Below are positions 58,066 through 64,000 of a stretch of 64,000 nucleotides of DNA, piece after piece. The stretch is from positions 3,584,001 to 3,648,000 of the forward strand of contig OY970166.1 of the NCBI GenBank assembly GCA_963706595.1, read 5' to 3'. The translations under genes were made by a program, and so were the position numbers. The DNA comes from an uncultured cyanobacterium. GTDB taxonomy: Bacteria > Cyanobacteriota > Cyanobacteriia > Cyanobacteriales > Nostocaceae. Each line of letters begins with the position of its first letter. The stretch's first letter is position 1. The notes under the pieces are model-generated. The model made no database searches. It worked only from the letters and a program-made list of their open reading frames with translations, and was not told the origin of the DNA.

Positions 58066-59331
58066 TTATTGTACTGGTTGAGTGGGTAAAGCCCCAGTTT
58101 GCACAGCCAAGTTAACATTCTGCCCATTGCGCCGCAGTCCTAAGCTCACATTTCCCCCGACTTGAGCATTTTCTACGGCTTTTTGGATACTGCTGGCTTC
58201 TGTGACTGATTGACCGTTAAGCTGTTGGATGACATCTCCGGCACGTAAACCAGCTTGAGCGGCGGGTGAGTTGGGCATGACGCGCACAATTAAGACACCT
58301 TTATCTTCATTCACCCTGACAGGGCTATTGGGGTCTGAGTTCAGACGTTCTTTGATTTGAGGTGTTATCTCTACCATCTGAATTCCTAGATAGGAATGTT
58401 GGGCTTTACCTGTAGCAATTAGTTGGTTGGAAATCCGTTGAGCTGTGTTGATGGGAATGGCGAAACCCAATCCTTGCGCTCTTTGGATAATGGCTGTATT
58501 CATCCCAATTACCTGACCACGAGCATTTAGCAAAGGTCCGCCGGAGTTACCAGGATTAATTGCTGCATCAGTTTGAATAAATTCAACTCGCTTATCAGGT
58601 GCGCCAATTTGATTACTACTGCGACCTGTGGCACTGATGATTCCTGTAGTGACTGTATTATCTAATCCTAAAGGATTACCAATGGCGATCGCCCATTCTC
58701 CGGCTTGTAGTTGGTCTGAGTTACCCACTTCTACTGTCGGTAGATTGTTGGAATTAATTTTGACCACAGCGACATCTGTTAATTCGTCAGTCCCCATCAC
58801 CTTACCTTCAAAGCTCCGCCCATCTTTGAGTATGACTCTTACTGTGTCCGCACCCGCCACGACATGGGCATTGGTGAGAATACTGCCATCTTTACTGATA
58901 ATAAAACCGGAACCAGTGCCTCGTTGGACTCGACTTTGTTGTTCTGGTAGCTGAGAGCCAAAAAATTGGCGGAAAAATGGATCGTTAAAGGCCGCAGGTA
59001 CACGACTAGTCACAGTTCGAGAAGCCTCAATCCGCACCACGGCTGGTCCAACCTTCTGGACTACCTGGGTTACGAAGTTAGCACCTGTAGCCGTTGGTAA
59101 TGGAGGGGCTGCATTGACTCTACTCACTGCTAGGTTTGATGTCCTATCAGATATCTGCTGAGAGTTTTCAGCCAAATAACCACCTGCGAATGTCATCCCT
59201 GATCCAAGCAGCACCAGTGATAAAGAGGCCGCTGTCTTTTGCCAAATTCCTTGATTTTGGGATTTGGTATGAGCTTGATTAGCTGAAATATTATTTAATG
59301 AGGAATCTCCATCATTTACTTGCTTGTTCAT
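58066..59331 (-). CDS. HhoA/HhoB/HtrA family serine protease with PDZ domain
   Basis: [30 protein letters not shown]-terminal PDZ. Confidence 0.95.
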   Translation of the reverse strand: MNKQVNDGDSSLNNISANQAHTKSQNQGIWQKTAASLSLVLLGSGMTFAGGYLAENSQQISDRTSNLAVSRVNAAPPLPTATGANFVTQVVQKVGPAVVRIEASRTVTSRVPAAFNDPFFRQFFGSQLPEQQSRVQRGTGSGFIISKDGSILTNAHVVAGADTVRVILKDGRSFEGKVMGTDELTDVAVVKINSNNLPTVEVGNSDQLQAGEWAIAIGNPLGLDNTVTTGIISATGRSSNQIGAPDKRVEFIQTDAAINPGNSGGPLLNARGQVIGMNTAIIQRAQGLGFAIPINTAQRISNQLIATGKAQHSYLGIQMVEITPQIKERLNSDPNSPVRVNEDKGVLIVRVMPNSPAAQAGLRAGDVIQQLNGQSVTEASSIQKAVENAQVGGNVSLGLRRNGQNVNLAVQTGALPTQPVQ

Positions 59332-59575
59332 TGCTGCCTGCAAAAATATTTAGATGTATTACTAATAGTGTAGATATTATTTGTGACGCTTTTGTTGCAA
59401 AGGTATTGCTTATTTGTGAAATATTAGTCATTTTTGCAGTTTTATGCTTGTTAGGTGCGTTAACACGCAAGTAACCTATACAAACCTAGCCCGCCTAAGC
59501 GGGCTAAAATTATGCTTGTAGAGTGACGTTTAATTTGTCTAACCGCAAATTTGAAAGTGTTGGGCGGATTGAGTC

Positions 59576-60418
59576 TTAATAATCACCTTTGATGAGACAA
59601 CGCACAGCCTGCTCTATGTCCTCTTGTTTAATTAAAGATTCTCCCACTATCACTGCATGTGTACCAGCCTCAGCCATCAGAGACAAATCAGCATTTGTAT
59701 ATAACCCAGACTCACTGACAACCATCACACCTAAGTTTTGCAACTGCGATCGCCTTGCTGCCAACAGTTGTTGAGTAATGCTAAGATCAATGGTAAAGTC
59801 TTCTAAATTCTGGTTGTTAAACCCGATTAAGCGGATGTCATCAAGCTTGAGTACGCGGTCTAGTTCACTCAAGTTATGCACTTCCACCAAAGCATTCATC
59901 CCTAAATAGTGAATTACTCTCAGAAAATCTTGCAATTCCCGATCTGTGAGAATAGCTGCAATTAATAGTACAGCATCTGCTCCTGCTGATCGTGCTAAAT
60001 AAATTTGGCACGGGTCAATGATAAAGTCTTTGCACAACAAGGGCAATGCTACTTTTTGGCGAATTGCCCTCAAACTTTCAAAACTGCCATGAAAAAATGC
60101 TGTTTCAGTAAAAACTGAGATACAAGCAGCGCCACCTCGCTCATAAGCTTTCGCGATGGCTATGGGGTCAAAATCTGGGCGAATATTCCCATATAGTGGC
60201 GATGCTTTCTGAATTTCGGCAATTAATCCAGGTTTGTAAGGATTTTGTTGCAAAGCAGTCAAGAAATCTCGCACAGTTGGCGCAGCAGTTAACTGGCGTT
60301 GCAAAGAAGCCAACGACATCTGTTGATGCATTTGTGTTACTTCTTGCTTTTTATGCCAAACAATCTCTCTGAGCATCGGTTGCAAACGGGTATTAACAGT
60401 AGTCAGTGGGTAAATCAT
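59576..60418 (-). CDS. trpC: Indole-3-glycerol phosphate synthase-like paralogue (divergent active site)
   Basis: IAEIQKASP, LLCKDFI, GADAVLLI, LVEVH, VSESG, GESL. Confidence 0.8.
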   Translation of the reverse strand: MIYPLTTVNTRLQPMLREIVWHKKQEVTQMHQQMSLASLQRQLTAAPTVRDFLTALQQNPYKPGLIAEIQKASPLYGNIRPDFDPIAIAKAYERGGAACISVFTETAFFHGSFESLRAIRQKVALPLLCKDFIIDPCQIYLARSAGADAVLLIAAILTDRELQDFLRVIHYLGMNALVEVHNLSELDRVLKLDDIRLIGFNNQNLEDFTIDLSITQQLLAARRSQLQNLGVMVVSESGLYTNADLSLMAEAGTHAVIVGESLIKQEDIEQAVRCLIKGDY

Positions 60419-60487
60419 TAGCTGCTATGTATCTAGAGAGAGGGTGACTCAGAAAGGATAAAAAATGAAATATTGTGCCTGTTGTTT

Positions 60488-60760
60488 TCAGAGTCGAATC
60501 CAGTTGGAGTTCATGTCAAAGACTTCCTTCTTTTCCTTGTCTTTCAACTTGGAATTTTCAACTAAGCAATTATTTTTCAGCAGTCGAATGTAGGTGCGGT
60601 AAGGTATGTAGTCTATAGGGTTATAGCCAGAAAACCGGAGAATTAATACACAAGCCCATGAATACTTGCCGGCAATAATTGCTTTGATAATTTGTTCAAT
60701 TTGTTCTGTATTAATTTTCTTAGTGCTTTGTGTATTACAACTATTATTCAGTTGATGCAT
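60488..60760 (-). CDS. HetP family heterocyst commitment protein
   Basis: [36 protein letters not shown] signature. Confidence 0.92.
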   Translation of the reverse strand: MHQLNNSCNTQSTKKINTEQIEQIIKAIIAGKYSWACVLILRFSGYNPIDYIPYRTYIRLLKNNCLVENSKLKDKEKKEVFDMNSNWIRL

Positions 60761-62565
60761 AGCTTTCCCTCTTTTTTAATTTGGAGTCCTACATCTAGAA
60801 TCAATTGTGATTGATGTTTTTATCTAAAATCTAAAATCATGGGACCTAGCTTTGACGGTGGTAGTATCATCCCTTGTTTGGAATTTTACTGCCAATTTAA
60901 CTGGCTTTAGCAGAAAAATTTGTGCTTATTAAAAGCTAATCACAGACATTTGTGCTGATATGTAAAAAGCATTAACAAGAATTACAAGTTGGTTGGGAAA
61001 ATAGGGGTGAATTTAACTAGTCAGCATTTTTATCTGCCTAATATATATCTAGTTAAACTAGCCCCTAGAGATAAACCGTGTTGCAGAAGCAGCTTCTTTG
61101 TTAAGCGTACTCAATTTTTCACCACAGATATATGATCAATTTTTGGATAGACTTATCTCTTCTTTCGCTCTTCCCATTTATTAATTCTCCTTAACTGTCA
61201 TACTGGCTGGCAGGATTATGCTTTAGTAATAAATTATACTTTAGTAAATTTGGTAAAATAAAAAGACAGATTTTAGGATTTTAATATATATATTGCATCT
61301 CTTTTCTAATAACAGGTAAGATTTTTGTGTAATAGCAAGTATTATATGTTGCGATCTGCCACTGTATTAAATCTCAGGGGAGTTTAATTGATTCTTATGG
61401 TAATGAGAGAAAAATTCATTTGCTTCAAAACGTTTTTTTATACATGTACTTATAGTCAATATAGTCATTTTTAAACAACAAATCCACAATATTTAGACTG
61501 ACTATGAACCTTGTAAATCTTAATGGACAAAGCTAAACAATAACAATATTTCAATAATTGATGATTATAGTCTTTAACTAAGATTATTTTCTATTTGTAT
61601 AAATAAATACTTACAAATTTAGGAATAAAAAAAATTACTGATTTAAAATCTAGTCAATGGATTACTGTTAACAAAACAAATACATCAAGCTATTAACAGC
61701 TTATAAATTTTCTGCTACATAAAATTCTTGCCATAAAAATTTTGTAATTATCAATACATTCATTCTTTACATTTTCTATTACTTTTGAGAGATGTTTTAG
61801 TAACACGTATATAAATGTAAAAAAAAAGGTATATCTCATGACAGATGACTTAGTACAATATTCTATAGTTAGATGTCTGAAGGAGTAAAATGATTAAAAC
61901 TCAATTTATAATCAGTAAATTGTTTATTTAGTCGCAATATGATATGACAAAATTATCTAAATTAAATTAGACATAATACATTTGTTTGAAATCATGTTTT
62001 AGCAAAAATATATTGTTCTAACTGTAGTATCGTCTTAACCAAACTGTTTTTAACCTAAATTAAACTTAGCACTTAGTGATATATAGGATTTTAAACTATA
62101 AGCCAAAGTGCTATTTGGTATATATATATTACCTACAAAATTCTTGGCTTCACCATCAAAAAAATGTTATTTATTTATGTAAACAAGTTTAATATTACTA
62201 ATTTAGATTGATAAAATCAGGTGAGGAATAGCAATTAACCTGAGAATATTCATAATTAAACTCATTTTTTGTAAAAGTGCCGGGTAATCAGCACTTTTAA
62301 GAAATTATGATGATCAAAACTTCGGTGACTCGATTCCCAATTGATAAAAAATAGTGAGTAGGGATATGAATGCTGGCAATTATAAATTAGCGAAATCTGA
62401 TGATTCATTAAAAGTACAGCCAGAAGCGAAGCTGAAATTTGCTCATTTACTGGTCAAATATTTTTGCTGGAAATTCCCTTTATCTACATAACTATAGATG
62501 ATTAACGCCAGGAGTTTGACTGTAATTTTGGGTGTGAGAGAAGTGATGAAGTAGTAGAGGGGAGC

Positions 62566-64000
62566 ATGTACAAGTGGACTGACGAATCAAAAAATATTCA
62601 ACAGCATTTACCACGGGAAATTGCTGAACTGAAGAAAAAGGAAGCACAGATCCAAGAATCCCTTTCTCTGCTTCATTCTATCCTGGAATCTACTGCTCAT
62701 GGTATTGTTGCAGTCAGTCTTGAAGGAGATATTCTTTGCTGTAATCAGAAATTTGTGAATATGTGGCAGATCCCAAATTCTGTGATGCTAGCCAAAAACT
62801 ATCGTCAATGCCAAGCTTTTTTGGAGAACGAACTCAAATATCCAGAAGCATATAGCCAGATTATGCGGGAAGTATCCAGTCAACCTGATTTGGAAAGCTA
62901 TGATATTTTAGAGTTAAAGGATGGGAAAATTTTTGCTCAATACTCTCAGCCTCAGTGCTTGGGCGGCAAGATTGTCGGTAGAGTATGGAGTATTTGGGAT
63001 ATTACTGAATCCCAGCGAACAGAAGAATTACCACAGTTTAATCAAGCTAGCTTGTGTACTTTAGCAGAAACGACCAACGCTAGTATTTTTGTGATTCAAG
63101 GCTTGAAGTTATCTTACATGAATCCGGCGGCGGAGGTACTGACAGGCTATACAAAAGAGGAACTACTAACTGGGTTTGATGCGCGCCAATTGTTCAAGAA
63201 CAAAAAGCGGAAGCAGGTAAATAATAAGGATTTAGAATACCAGGAAATGAAAATCCTGGAAAAAAACGGTACAGAGCGCTGGTTAGCTTGTGCAGTAGGA
63301 ATGCTTGATGAGCAAGAAACACCAGTGGAAATGATTGCAGGTATTGATATCACCGAATACAAACAAGCAGAATCAGACCTTAGCCAAACTTTAGCACAAA
63401 TCAAACAACTCAGCGAACTCAAAGCACACTTCATGTCTATGGTTTGCCATCAATTCCGCACTCCCCTAAATGTTGTTTCATTCTCCAATAGCTTACTCAA
63501 AAGACATATTCATGGATATAGAGACGAAAAAACACGACCCTTACTGGATCACATTCAATCAGGTATTGAACAGCTGACTAAGATGTTGGATGATATTCTG
63601 TTCTTCGCGAAAGCAGAAGCAGCCACAGTTAACTATGATGCTAAACCAGTGAATTTGGTTGAGTTCTGCAAGTCCCTAATTGCACAAATGCAGACAAGTG
63701 GTTGCGAGAACCGGATAAATTTTGTGAGTCAAGGTAGTTACTTAACAGCCTGTATAGATCAAAAACTGCTGGAGCCGATGATGAGGAATTTGCTTGACAA
63801 TGCCATGAAATATTCTCATGCGGGCAGCGTGATTGATTTTAAACTGTTCTGTGAGTGTGGGAAAGTAGTTTTCGAGGTTAAAGATAGGGGTATTGGCATT
63901 CCTATTGCCGATAAACAGCGATTATTTGAACCATTTTATCGAGGTAGCAATATTCATAATCTGCCCGGTACTGGACTAGGTTTATCGATTGTTAAAACCC
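62566..64000 (+). CDS. PAS-PAS sensor histidine kinase, 3' end outside window
   Basis: Open frame from ATG 62566 (GAGGGGAG RBS) to the window end; PAS motifs NQKF..MW and NPAAE.LTGY; H-box MVCHQFRTPL; NLLDNAMKYS, DRGIGI, GTGLGL. Confidence 0.92.
   Translation, partial: MYKWTDESKNIQQHLPREIAELKKKEAQIQESLSLLHSILESTAHGIVAVSLEGDILCCNQKFVNMWQIPNSVMLAKNYRQCQAFLENELKYPEAYSQIMREVSSQPDLESYDILELKDGKIFAQYSQPQCLGGKIVGRVWSIWDITESQRTEELPQFNQASLCTLAETTNASIFVIQGLKLSYMNPAAEVLTGYTKEELLTGFDARQLFKNKKRKQVNNKDLEYQEMKILEKNGTERWLACAVGMLDEQETPVEMIAGIDITEYKQAESDLSQTLAQIKQLSELKAHFMSMVCHQFRTPLNVVSFSNSLLKRHIHGYRDEKTRPLLDHIQSGIEQLTKMLDDILFFAKAEAATVNYDAKPVNLVEFCKSLIAQMQTSGCENRINFVSQGSYLTACIDQKLLEPMMRNLLDNAMKYSHAGSVIDFKLFCECGKVVFEVKDRGIGIPIADKQRLFEPFYRGSNIHNLPGTGLGLSIVKT

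Noticed and set aside
60761..62565. HetR box (GGG-N5-CCC) upstream of the hetP-like gene
   Set aside because: No match found on reading.
63147..63434. 95-aa minus-strand ORF
   Set aside because: Antisense to the histidine kinase, which the track missed because it has no stop in the window.

Overview
Chromosomal window from a heterocyst-forming cyanobacterium (Nostocales). Evidence: frequent HIP1 octamers (GCGATCGC), heptamer tandem repeats, a HetP-family gene, agrE/argZ and ndhP. The backbone is housekeeping: cyaC (5'-truncated), radC, thrC, miaB, TonB, agrE, two amidases, pyrG, a ROK kinase, an ABC permease, an HtrA protease, a trpC paralogue and a 3'-truncated PAS histidine kinase. Two accessory regions stand out. 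(1) 5.5-14.9 kb: a P-loop ATPase gene co-oriented with a 1760-aa TPR-STAND-TM-coiled-coil-WD40 protein whose 14 near-identical 123-bp repeats vary almost only at predicted ligand-facing codons. It is followed by an Rpn-family gene and an intact IS4-family element inserted in the loop of a small palindromic repeat. (2) 27.4-35.9 kb: an AT-rich GNAT-PIN-(PUA/EVE-like) + ASCH gene pair bracketed by a 45-bp self-complementary direct repeat derived from the downstream DUF2085 gene. After it come a vWA protein with a duplicated unknown domain, a DUF6745 gene pair and a nonsense-disrupted UDG-like gene. Small genes missed by the ORF track (ndhP, a 57-aa membrane peptide) and several small mobile repeats, two of them in frame inside genes, were also found. 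No rRNA, tRNA or CRISPR array was seen. All family calls come from motif recognition by eye, without database searches.
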